Below, in pieces: positions 19,894-29,107 of a DNA stretch of 46,609 nt. The notes beneath the pieces are model-generated. The model was given only the letters and a program-made list of their open reading frames with translations. It was not told where the DNA came from and did no database searches. The position numbers and the translations under genes are program-made. The stretch covers positions 1 to 46,609 of the forward strand of contig CALKOM010000089.1 of the NCBI GenBank assembly GCA_938091905.1, read 5' to 3'. Position 1 is the first letter of the stretch; every line of letters starts with the position of its first letter. This DNA is from an uncultured Verrucomicrobiales bacterium (GTDB lineage: Bacteria; Verrucomicrobiota; Verrucomicrobiia; Verrucomicrobiales; DEV007).

Positions 19894-21050
19894 ATGAGCG
19901 CGCGAGAAAGGAGAACGGTGAGTAGGGCATCTGGAAAGATTCTTGCGTTCGGCCCTGCGTACATCATGGCCATGGCGCTCGGGCATCAAATGGGCCAATC
20001 ATCAAACGACACCCTTGCGAATCCCAATGCCACGCTTCCACCCGAGCCTAGCGCTCCGGTCGACGTGAATCAACCAACACCCCAAAGCCTGTTTGAAAGG
20101 GAACTTGAGAAGATACCTATCGGAAATACAACTTCCGCCGTTCCCCAATCCTCTGTTACGGCGGACCTACTAGCTGGCTGGTTCACCGAGTGCGTGCCTC
20201 AAGTGTTTTTTCAACAACACCCTGGCACGACGTGAAACGAATCGATCCTTTGACCCAGCACTCCGTCTACTCTTCGAGCGCTGGCTATCGGAGGACCACG
20301 AGGCGGCCTTGGCGGTTGCGGCCAAGATGCCAACATGGAACCGCCGAAGCTTCCTGCGAGCAATCATCTGGAACAAAACACTAACACAAACTTACACGAA
20401 CATAGAACTAGCGAAAGACCTGCTTAAAAAGTTTGGCGGTGAAATGCCCCAACCAGACCAGCTTCCCGAGTGGGCAATGCAAGAATTGGTGTTATCCTTC
20501 AAGTTTTTTGCCAGCGTATCTACGAGTCACCCCGGAACACTATCACTACATTATTCTCAAGAACCTTGGCCAAGAGCGATCCGCTCGCCCTCCTTCAAAT
20601 CACGGACGAAAGCCAACGCCACGAGACCGGTCTGGCGCAAGACGACACTTCCAACTGTCATGCCGTAGCAGCAAGAGCCTCAATGTCACAAGAACCGGAA
20701 AGCGCTAGAGGACTCCGCAAGACTAAAATGTACCCTCAAACAATCTCTTAGCCTCCGAACTAACCAAAAAAGTGGGGAGAGACCGATTCCGCTGCGTCCT
20801 TGGATTGGACACTACCAAACGTAAAAGGAACGTCGAGTCAATCCTCAAGCATTGGGTTGGACAGGACCTGGATGAAGCACCATCCGCGGTGTTCAAAGTC
20901 CCTGATAGTCAGGCTCAGAACTGCGCCCCCGAAGTGGTGATTCACCTACTAATAGAAGAGAACCCAACGGCAGCAACTGCTTGGGCCGAATCCCTTCGAA
21001 ATCGACACGCTAAATAGACGGCACCGCAACGGATTGCCAAGTGGCGTCCA
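19894..21050 (+). pseudogene. Second decayed gene for a membrane-anchored helical-repeat protein
   Basis: N-terminal basic + hydrophobic segment (MSARERR...ILAFGPAYIMAMALG), then fragments LLAGWFTE, ESILKHWVGQDLDEA, LIEENPTAATAWAESL split across frames. Boundaries approximate. Confidence 0.6.
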
Positions 21051-21076
21051 TAACGAAGCTCACACGCGAGGCGCTC

Positions 21077-22378
21077 CTACTGCCCAAAAATCAGCTGCTG
21101 CCGCTTAAGCTCGATCACTTCCGTTTCGCCTCCAGACCGTAGCACGCGAATCCGCAAGTCGGTGCCGGCCTCTCCGCGAATAAGATCTACTGCCGGATGA
21201 AGTGTGTTTCCGATAGGGGCAAAGCTGCCATCTCCGGGGTCTACCCCCACGATTCGGTCACCGGAACGCAGCCCCGACTCCGCAGCGGGCGTTCCATCAA
21301 TTAGGCCGCGTATCGTCACCACACCTTCGTCGAGTGTCAGTTGGGCGCCAATACCGCGCGGCGTGGCCTCGTAGATAGCTTCATGAGCAGCGTCTTGTTC
21401 AGCTTGGGTTGGAAGGCTGTCTGCCCAAGCCAAGGCCGCTTGAGTATCCTCTAACATACTGGCCTGGCGTTTACCAATAGCTGCTGCTGCTACGAGCCGC
21501 TCTTGAGGGTCCGTTAAACTATCAAAAGCTTTTAGCACGCCCTCGTAATCGGTGGAATGCCAGTTCTCGAAGACCGCCGCTAGCCCCTCGTTGCCGATCT
21601 CTTCTCGATTCTGATCGATCCATTCCCAGACCTCGTCTATCCGCCCGTCAGTGATACGAATGCGAGCCAACGTGCGAAGAAACTCCTCATGCTCCCACCC
21701 GGAGAGATGGCTTCCCAGCGCTTCGGCATCTTCACTCGAGTCCTGAGCAATCCGCCCCGCCCAATTGGCTAACATATTACTACGCTGCGGATGATCCTTG
21801 TAGGCCCTCATCCAAGCCTCCTTGATATCAGATGAGACATCCTCGGCCTGCAAAAGCCTGACATAGCAGTCACCAAAGACCACTCCTTCAAGCATTGCCT
21901 CACCTGTCCACTCGGAGATCAACGTCCGGAAACCTTCAGGCTCAAGATCTCGCTGCAAGCGTTTCACGCGCTGAATCGCTTCGAACGGCGGCTTGTCCTG
22001 CGCCACCCGAGTGAAGATTCCCCGCAGCATGGCTACCTTCTCAGAGCGAAGGTTAAGAGTATCAATCCGACGCATCGCCGATTCCAACTCACGACCTGCC
22101 AAGGCATAGCCAAGCTGAGTGAGCTCTGCCTCTCTGAGCATGGGCGCTGTAACATCAAGAGAGTCGATTTCTGACTCAATCGACGTCTGCCGGTCACCCG
22201 GAGAGCGCTTGAATTCGGTCGGAGCGACCACGTGATCAGCGGGCGACGCGACCAATTCTTCAGGCTGTCTCTTACCAGAAACATCCTCCCACCACGCCAC
22301 CAGGGCGGCACCAACAATCAAGCCAATCGCAAAACCCGGAATCTGACGTCGAATGGACACCCCTATACGTAACGTCAA
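21077..22378 (-). CDS. Membrane-anchored helical-repeat protein with a C-terminal PDZ domain
   Basis: N-terminal TM (FAIGLIVGAALVAWW); ALAWADSLP repeat; PDZ GIGAQL...GTPAAESGLRSGDRIVGVD...IRGEAGTDLRIRVLR; no protease domain. Confidence 0.8.
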   Translation of the reverse strand: MTLRIGVSIRRQIPGFAIGLIVGAALVAWWEDVSGKRQPEELVASPADHVVAPTEFKRSPGDRQTSIESEIDSLDVTAPMLREAELTQLGYALAGRELESAMRRIDTLNLRSEKVAMLRGIFTRVAQDKPPFEAIQRVKRLQRDLEPEGFRTLISEWTGEAMLEGVVFGDCYVRLLQAEDVSSDIKEAWMRAYKDHPQRSNMLANWAGRIAQDSSEDAEALGSHLSGWEHEEFLRTLARIRITDGRIDEVWEWIDQNREEIGNEGLAAVFENWHSTDYEGVLKAFDSLTDPQERLVAAAAIGKRQASMLEDTQAALAWADSLPTQAEQDAAHEAIYEATPRGIGAQLTLDEGVVTIRGLIDGTPAAESGLRSGDRIVGVDPGDGSFAPIGNTLHPAVDLIRGEAGTDLRIRVLRSGGETEVIELKRQQLIFGQ

Positions 22379-22514
22379 CGGACGTTTTTCGCCACCTTCC
22401 TCCCTCCAATGCGTTTTAAGCCCTTGCCGACCGCTGACTTCACGATCACCCTCCTCTGATCAATTCATTCTTGAAATTTTAAATTTTTATGGTCCAAATA
22501 GTAAACCTACCTAA

Positions 22515-25409
22515 ATGAACCCTCACCTGCTCTCCCGCTCACGTCGCCATGCTTCAGGCTTAGTTGCCTCGGTAGCTCTTCTTGGAGCCTCGCTGGCCCT
22601 GTCTCCGCTCCAGGCTGCCGACGCAGCTGCTTTACCTGCCAAGCAATCCGATTTCCCACCGCCTGCGACTGTCCTAAAGGACTACAAGCAGATCGTCTCC
22701 ACCGTGGATGGTAAGAGCCTCTACAAGCTCTACCGCAACCCGAAGACGAGCCACATGCTGGCGGAGTTGCCTCGCGACTTTGCGAACCAGAAGCATTTCA
22801 TCGCGTTGACCATCTCGAGTGGCGAATCCTACGCCGGTTTGCAGGCCGGAGACCTTTATGTGAAATGGGAGGTCTTCAATCAGAAGCGCCTCGCTCTCGT
22901 CCAGCCCAACTTGGAAACACGCTCCACTGGAGACGACGAATCTAAAAACTCTGTCAAACGGCTCTTCACTGACCGAGTTATTCTCGATATCCCAATTCTT
23001 ACCTACCAAGTTAAAGGTGGTCCTATCATCGACCTTGATGCACTCCTCCTTGGCAAAGCGCGCAGTTTCTTCGGCTCGGCCGTTTCAGGAATCCAACCTC
23101 AGCTATTCAAGGCGGTTAAGCACAAGGCTTTCCCCGAGAACATCGAGGTTGCTTTTGAGGTGCCTATCAATGACACCCTCAAGGTCCTTCATTACTCAAT
23201 CAAGCTGATTAAGCCGAACAAAGAGTACAAGCCACGCAAGGCGGACGAAAGAGTAGGGTATTTCACCACCAACTACCGCGATTTCGGTCAATTCAAGCCG
23301 GGAACCACAAGAACGCGCTATATCAATCGCTGGCATCTTGAGAAGGCAGACAAGTCACTCAAACTCAGCCCTCCCAAGCAACCGATCGTGTTCTATCTGG
23401 AACACACAACCCCCATCCGCTACCGCCGCTGGGTTGCCGATGGTGTCCTCGCCTGGAACAAAGCGTTTGAAAACATCGGCATCGTCAATGCGATTGAAGT
23501 GCGTTACCAAGACGCCAAGTCAGGCCAGTACATGGATTTGGATCCTGAAGATGCTCGATACAATTTCGTACGTTGGCTGAACAATGGTATTGGCACCGCC
23601 ATCGGACCAAGCCGGGTAAATCCAGAAACCGGTCAGATTCTCGACGCCGACATTATCTTAACCGACGGCTGGATCCGTCATTGGTGGACGCAATACCAAG
23701 AAATCCTCCCCGAAGTAGCCATGGAAGGCTACACACCAGACACGATGGCCTGGCTAGAGCGGAACCCACGGTGGGATCCACGTATTCGTCTGGCAGAACC
23801 CTCCAAGCGTGAGGAAATCCTTCGCGAACGGCAATTGCGCGGGGCCTCCCCCATGGGTGGACACGCTTTTGGCAAAGTCGACAACGCCTTGTTAGGCGAT
23901 CAAGAATTTGATGGTCTATCCGGTCGTGTCAGCCAAGTGAACGGGCTCTGTATGGCCGCCAACTGCAAAACACATGGGCTCGCTCAAATGCACATGATGA
24001 CTCAAATCCTAGCGCACGATGCTGAGGGCGATAAAGAAGGCGAGGAGAAGAAAGATGAAAAGAAGGTTACCAAAGACAAAGAACAGCTTCTCGATGGCAT
24101 TCCTGAGTCTTTCATCGGACCATTGTTAGTTGACCTCGTCGCCCACGAAGTCGGTCACACCATTGGCCTACGTCACAACTTCAAAGGCTCGAGTATCTAC
24201 GACTACAGTGAGATCAATTCGAAAGATCTTAAAGGGAAAAAGCCCTTCGCAAGCACGGTGATGGATTACATCCCGGTGAACATGCGCATGGATGCCGGCG
24301 AAGTCCAAGGTGACTATGGGATGATTAGCGTGGGCCCTTATGACATGTGGGCTATTGAGTATGGCTACACTTTTGACAAAGACCTCAAACCAATCCTCAA
24401 ACGTGCTGGTGAACCTGAGCTTCAGTATGCCACTGACGAAGACACCTACGGTCCAGATCCCCTCGCTCGCCGCTATGACTTTGCCAAGGACCCACTCGAC
24501 TACGTCAAAGATCAGATGCTTTTGGTAGAAGCCAACCGAGGAAAGCTAATCGACAAATTCGTCAAGGACGGGGAAAGCTGGGCCAAAGTCCGCCGCGGCT
24601 ATCTCCTCACCTTAAGTGCTCAGACCCGCGCAGTCAGTATGATGGCAAACTGGGTTGGTGGAGCACACGTCTACCGTCACCGCAAAGGCGACTCTGACCG
24701 TCGGCCGATCGAAGTCGTGTCTGCCGAGAAACAGCGCGCCGCCCTAAAGTTTGTAATTAAAAACGCCTTCGGCTCCAAGGCCTACGGTCTAAGCCCCAAA
24801 TTGCTGACGCACATGTCTCTCGACAAGTGGTGGGGCGAGGGCAACATCTCAGACGAAGCTACGTGGCCTGTTCATGATCGTGTGCTAGGCATCCAAGCCA
24901 GTGCACTCACGTCATTGATGAATCCCACGACGTTAATGAGGATTTATGACAACGAGTTCCGTACTCCTCCAGACGAGGATGCCTTCACTCTTCCAGAGAT
25001 GCTTAACACTCTTACTAAGTCTATTTGGAAAGAGATTGACGACATTGATTCCGATGGTGAGTTTACTGCGCGCAAACCACTCATTGGAAGTTTCGAGCGC
25101 AATCTCCAACGTGAATACGTCGAGCGACTCACTGATCTCATCGCTCCATCCGGCTACAACGCTTCTCAGAAATCGATCTATGATCTAGCCAGCACCGAAT
25201 TGCGCGAACTTGCGGAAAGGCTGGAAGACGCCCTTGATGCCGACCATTTAGATCCTTACACAAAAGCACACCTCAATGAGACCCATCGCCTGATTGAGAA
25301 GGCACTTGACGCTAGCGTTGTGCTCGATGTCAAAGGCGGCAATCTTGGCGGAGGTTCCATGAGGTTCCTCTTCGGTCAGGATCCTCAGACAACACCTCCA
25401 CGCCCATAG
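22515..25409 (+). CDS. Secreted zinc-dependent metalloprotease (metzincin, DUF5117/DUF4953 EcxA-like)
   Basis: Signal peptide; PRKADERVGYF, YINRWHLEK, HEVGHTIGLRHNFKGS, Met-turn STVMDY, GPYDMWAIEYGY. Confidence 0.9.
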   Translation: MNPHLLSRSRRHASGLVASVALLGASLALSPLQAADAAALPAKQSDFPPPATVLKDYKQIVSTVDGKSLYKLYRNPKTSHMLAELPRDFANQKHFIALTISSGESYAGLQAGDLYVKWEVFNQKRLALVQPNLETRSTGDDESKNSVKRLFTDRVILDIPILTYQVKGGPIIDLDALLLGKARSFFGSAVSGIQPQLFKAVKHKAFPENIEVAFEVPINDTLKVLHYSIKLIKPNKEYKPRKADERVGYFTTNYRDFGQFKPGTTRTRYINRWHLEKADKSLKLSPPKQPIVFYLEHTTPIRYRRWVADGVLAWNKAFENIGIVNAIEVRYQDAKSGQYMDLDPEDARYNFVRWLNNGIGTAIGPSRVNPETGQILDADIILTDGWIRHWWTQYQEILPEVAMEGYTPDTMAWLERNPRWDPRIRLAEPSKREEILRERQLRGASPMGGHAFGKVDNALLGDQEFDGLSGRVSQVNGLCMAANCKTHGLAQMHMMTQILAHDAEGDKEGEEKKDEKKVTKDKEQLLDGIPESFIGPLLVDLVAHEVGHTIGLRHNFKGSSIYDYSEINSKDLKGKKPFASTVMDYIPVNMRMDAGEVQGDYGMISVGPYDMWAIEYGYTFDKDLKPILKRAGEPELQYATDEDTYGPDPLARRYDFAKDPLDYVKDQMLLVEANRGKLIDKFVKDGESWAKVRRGYLLTLSAQTRAVSMMANWVGGAHVYRHRKGDSDRRPIEVVSAEKQRAALKFVIKNAFGSKAYGLSPKLLTHMSLDKWWGEGNISDEATWPVHDRVLGIQASALTSLMNPTTLMRIYDNEFRTPPDEDAFTLPEMLNTLTKSIWKEIDDIDSDGEFTARKPLIGSFERNLQREYVERLTDLIAPSGYNASQKSIYDLASTELRELAERLEDALDADHLDPYTKAHLNETHRLIEKALDASVVLDVKGGNLGGGSMRFLFGQDPQTTPPRP

Positions 25410-25431
25410 CAAAGAGAAAAAATCACAGTTT

Positions 25432-25477
25432 ACAATACCCTCCCGTCTGAGCCTCGCGCTCGGGGGACAGGGTTTGT
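25432..25477. terminator. Imperfect hairpin between convergent genes
   Basis: ACAATACCCT...TGAGC-CTCGC-GCTCGG...AGGGTTTGT, an imperfect inverted repeat in the 80-nt convergent gap. Confidence 0.4.
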
Positions 25478-25489
25478 TGTTTAATAAGG

Positions 25490-28400
25490 CTACTCATCAG
25501 GCCAATCTGCACTGAAGAGAAACGGATCTAACGTAAAGTCACTGCTTTCCAACTTCGAATTGTGTCCCTCAATGGCAATGACATTGCGACCTTCTCTCAG
25601 CGTACCAGCAAAGGGCTCTAACTTAAAGGCGATATAATCATCACTCACCTCACCCGACCGAATGTCTTTGGCCTCCTTGCCGCTCCCCTTCTTCACATTC
25701 TGACGAATGATCTCCTTGCCATTGAGGTAGGCAATGAATCCGTCGTCCCAACGAATTGCTAGGCCTAACTTCGCAAAGTCGCTCGATTTGTTCAGTCTGA
25801 AATCCTTCCGCACATACACCGTCGTGTAGTGCCCCTCCATATCGAGTTCCGTGCGATCGTCCTCGTCTTCATAGCCAAAGCCCGCCTCGCCTTCCTTCCA
25901 CGCTGCCTCTGCGAAGGCCAAGCCCGTCCAGTCTCCTTCGGGTTCTTTATCTACATGATATTTCCAGCTGGCGTGTTTAGGAATGATCTCGATGAACTCT
26001 TTTGGCAACACATACGGCTGAGCCTTCAGATCCACGCGGACCAGCATCGGGCTCAAAACAAAGTCACTACTAGAAACGGTTCGGTTGTGCCCCTCGAAAG
26101 CTAACTGATTCTCCCCGACACGGAAGAGTTCGCGATAGGTCGCCAAGGGAATATACACCCAAGAGGGGATGCCATGCACTTTGTAGAGGCCTTCCGCTTT
26201 CGCTCCCCTTCCCTTTTCCACACCGATGCGCACAATCTCTCTGCCGTTGAGGTAACCGATCACCGCATCATCCCAAGCTAACAAGAGCCCTAGATCCTCA
26301 AACTCTTCGTCCGGCTCCAGGTCAAATCGCCTTCTCATGTAGAAACGCGGATGCCTACCTTTCATCTTCTCTAGCTCAGTCTCGATTGCTTTCCCTAGCC
26401 CATAGCCAAAGGGAGCCCGATCACGATCCCAACCTTCACCCGTGGTCCAATCCTCCTTGTCAGGGTCTTCACCGGCAAGAAACTCCCACTTCGCCTTTTT
26501 ATCGATAATCGGATCATGATCACGGGGAATCCTCTTCCAAGATCGCGGCCAAGCCTTATCAAACTGAATGCCCATGTAGTAATCACTGCTATCTTTCTCC
26601 CGGTTGTGCCCCTCAATCGCCAAGATATTGCGCCCCTTTACCAAATGCTCTTTCACTCTAGAGAAGGGAAAGTATCGAGAAAGGGGTGCCCCTGTATGCC
26701 CAAGACCAATCGCTGTCTCACCCGCGCCACGAGCTACGCCCGCACGTCCCAGCTCATGGCCATTGAGGTAGGCAATGAATCCATCATCCCAAGAAACGAT
26801 CAGCCCCACATGCTCCAAGGCCTCAAAATTATCGACGGGAAACGATCGCCGAAAACGCACCCGAGCAACTTCCTTCTCCATCGCCCGTAATGATGTCCTA
26901 ACAGGATACCTCTTGCCATAGCCCATGGGCATGCGACCACGTTCCCACTTCGAATCATCAAAGTCGGTCGTCGCCCAACCCTTCTCGAACTCTTGCTCCA
27001 ACGTGTAGCGCCAGCGATTCTCGCCCAAAGTTACCTCGGTCGACACTAGAGGCGGCGAATCACCTCCCGCCAAATCCGAATCCAACTCTTCCAAGAGGAA
27101 CGGATCTAAGGTGAAATCACCTTCATCTGAATCTATTGAGTGACACTCGATAGCAACCACGTTGCGCCCAACTTTTAGATGCTTCTCAGCCTTCTCCAGG
27201 GCGAAGTATTCGAAGTCTTCTTCAGCCTCATGATCCCCAATCTCCTCGGCCAGATCCGCTCTCCCCTTACCCACTCCCTGACGCAGAACCTCTTTGCCGT
27301 TCACATAGGCAATAAAGGCATCATCATAACGAATCCCTAAGCCTAGTTGTTTGAGATTCATCTCCTGCGGCACGTCGAAATCTCGCCGCACATAGAGACG
27401 ATCGCCAAAGGTTGGCAGCTCTGACAAGACCGTTTCGTCATCCTCATCACCGTAGCCAAAGCCCGCCTTGCCACGGCTCCACCCGCTATCATCATAGCTA
27501 GGCGCTGCCCAGCCTAGCGGCGCAACTCCTTCCGTCATGTGGTAGGCCCACTCGTCCCCTTGGGGAATCAAATCCAAGTAATCACGAGGTAGCTTCTTCC
27601 CCGGCGGCACATACGGAGGCAGGACCACCGGATCTTCGACACGCTTCACCACAACACCAGGTTCTTTCCTTAGCTGGAAATGATCTCGCTCTTCGCCGTC
27701 AAAGTTGATCATGACTGCATCAAGGACGTTCCCTTTAATCGACACCAATACTGAGCCGTTCTCCACGATGATACGCTTCATCACAGGCATGGTCCCTTCA
27801 CGCCCCACGCCCGTGCCGCCATGCCCGGCGACCACTTGAATGGTGCCTTGGTTAGGTTCCAACCCCGGCACTTTCCGATACGCGCCATCCCCATCGGGAT
27901 CGCCATCCCCATCGTCCAAGATCACTTCCTTAACCGTTGTCGGCGTGCTATAGGCACCATCCATGAGCATCGACCGTTCGTATATATGGCTGTGTCCTGT
28001 CAGAACCAGATCGACACCGTGAGACTCCAAGATCGGCATGATCTGTTCACGCATTTCAATACTTTCCTCCTCCTTGTCAGTGTCGTGCGTGCCTTTCGAA
28101 TACGGAGGATGATGCCAGTAGGCGACTAACCAATCAGCCTTGACTCGAGAAAGATCTTCTTTCAACCAAGACGCCATGGCACCATCCACTTTGCGGTCCA
28201 TGTCGAACGAATTCAGCACGACAAAGTGCGCTTTCCCGTAGTCGAATGAGTAGTAACTCTCGTGCCCCGAAGCCACCCCTCCCGCTTCTCCTTTCTTCGG
28301 ACACACGTAGGCATCGTAATAGGGACCCGTTCCCGTCTTGGCCGGCGCCGAAGCCGCTTCGTGATTCCCAATCGCTGGCCACACGACGGTGTTGCGAATC

Positions 28401-29038
28401 GTTTCTTCATACATCTCAAAGAACTTCCGCTGAAACTGATCGTCCGTACCTTTGCTATAGGCCATGTCCCCGACATGCAGGTAGAAGTCGATCGGCCGGC
28501 CCACCTTCTTTGTGTAGTCCAACATCGCTTCGTGCACCTCGGACTGACGCTCTTGTCCCGTTCCCGAATCTCCCACGACCCAGAAGTAAGCGTCTTTGTC
28601 AGTACCAACCTCTGGCAACGTGTCAAAGTAGTAGCTCTCATCCTTCGGCGTTAGGCGTTCATCATCGTCATAAACGGCGTAATAATATCGCGTGTTCGGC
28701 TGCAGGTCTGTCAGAGCAGCTTCAAACTGCCGCGTCTTCTCGGGCCCGCTGTGCAGAAGAGTGGGATCACCCTCCAGATCTTCCTCATCATCTGCTACCT
28801 TCCGTTCACGAACCGCATCTTCATCAAAAACCACTGACAGATCATCGAACGAAAGACCCACCTTCACGACAGGCTCAATCTTCTCTACCGTCCGCCAAAT
28901 CACGTGAATCCCCCCGGTTGTCGCGAGCTGGACATACGGCGCACGAGAAAAACCGAGCTCATCCACAATCTCCTCATCGTCCTCGGCCCCGACTGAGATT
29001 AGAGATAGGAAACAAAGGAGAAGAGACAACCCACGCAT
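25490..29038 (-). CDS. Secreted purple-acid-phosphatase-type metallophosphoesterase with four C-terminal jelly-roll repeats
   Basis: Signal peptide from ATG 29038 (MRGLSLLLCFLSLISVGA); Fn3-like LTDLQPNTRYYY; calcineurin-like motifs GDSG, GDMAY, GNHE, HHPPY, GHSHIYER; four repeats with the [YW]DD...YxNGxE core. Confidence 0.9.
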   Translation of the reverse strand: MRGLSLLLCFLSLISVGAEDDEEIVDELGFSRAPYVQLATTGGIHVIWRTVEKIEPVVKVGLSFDDLSVVFDEDAVRERKVADDEEDLEGDPTLLHSGPEKTRQFEAALTDLQPNTRYYYAVYDDDERLTPKDESYYFDTLPEVGTDKDAYFWVVGDSGTGQERQSEVHEAMLDYTKKVGRPIDFYLHVGDMAYSKGTDDQFQRKFFEMYEETIRNTVVWPAIGNHEAASAPAKTGTGPYYDAYVCPKKGEAGGVASGHESYYSFDYGKAHFVVLNSFDMDRKVDGAMASWLKEDLSRVKADWLVAYWHHPPYSKGTHDTDKEEESIEMREQIMPILESHGVDLVLTGHSHIYERSMLMDGAYSTPTTVKEVILDDGDGDPDGDGAYRKVPGLEPNQGTIQVVAGHGGTGVGREGTMPVMKRIIVENGSVLVSIKGNVLDAVMINFDGEERDHFQLRKEPGVVVKRVEDPVVLPPYVPPGKKLPRDYLDLIPQGDEWAYHMTEGVAPLGWAAPSYDDSGWSRGKAGFGYGDEDDETVLSELPTFGDRLYVRRDFDVPQEMNLKQLGLGIRYDDAFIAYVNGKEVLRQGVGKGRADLAEEIGDHEAEEDFEYFALEKAEKHLKVGRNVVAIECHSIDSDEGDFTLDPFLLEELDSDLAGGDSPPLVSTEVTLGENRWRYTLEQEFEKGWATTDFDDSKWERGRMPMGYGKRYPVRTSLRAMEKEVARVRFRRSFPVDNFEALEHVGLIVSWDDGFIAYLNGHELGRAGVARGAGETAIGLGHTGAPLSRYFPFSRVKEHLVKGRNILAIEGHNREKDSSDYYMGIQFDKAWPRSWKRIPRDHDPIIDKKAKWEFLAGEDPDKEDWTTGEGWDRDRAPFGYGLGKAIETELEKMKGRHPRFYMRRRFDLEPDEEFEDLGLLLAWDDAVIGYLNGREIVRIGVEKGRGAKAEGLYKVHGIPSWVYIPLATYRELFRVGENQLAFEGHNRTVSSSDFVLSPMLVRVDLKAQPYVLPKEFIEIIPKHASWKYHVDKEPEGDWTGLAFAEAAWKEGEAGFGYEDEDDRTELDMEGHYTTVYVRKDFRLNKSSDFAKLGLAIRWDDGFIAYLNGKEIIRQNVKKGSGKEAKDIRSGEVSDDYIAFKLEPFAGTLREGRNVIAIEGHNSKLESSDFTLDPFLFSADWPDE
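25510..27575 (-). repeat. Four tandem ~160-aa protein domain repeats
   Basis: Each unit reads W-x-[YF]...W...G.x.[FM]GY...R-[RK]-x-F...[LV]GL...[YW]DD...Y[VL]NG.E..R...G.N..A[IF]E.H.....D[FY]; approximately 27575-27090, 27030-26560, 26510-26040, 25990-25510. Confidence 0.85.
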
Positions 29039-29107
29039 GCCAGCAGTGTAGCCTTCTACCAGGAATTTCACAACTGCCCCCCCCTCGATTGGTTTCCCCC
29101 TGTCCGC

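Noticed and set aside
18246..21050. Prophage, IS element or defence island in the ORF-poor stretch
   Set aside because: No integrase, transposase or phage motifs and no terminal repeats; the fragments are better explained as decayed helical-repeat genes
21077..22378. Annotation as a CtpA/S41 carboxyl-terminal protease
   Set aside because: The protein ends right after the PDZ domain; no DLRxNxGG or S41 catalytic motifs
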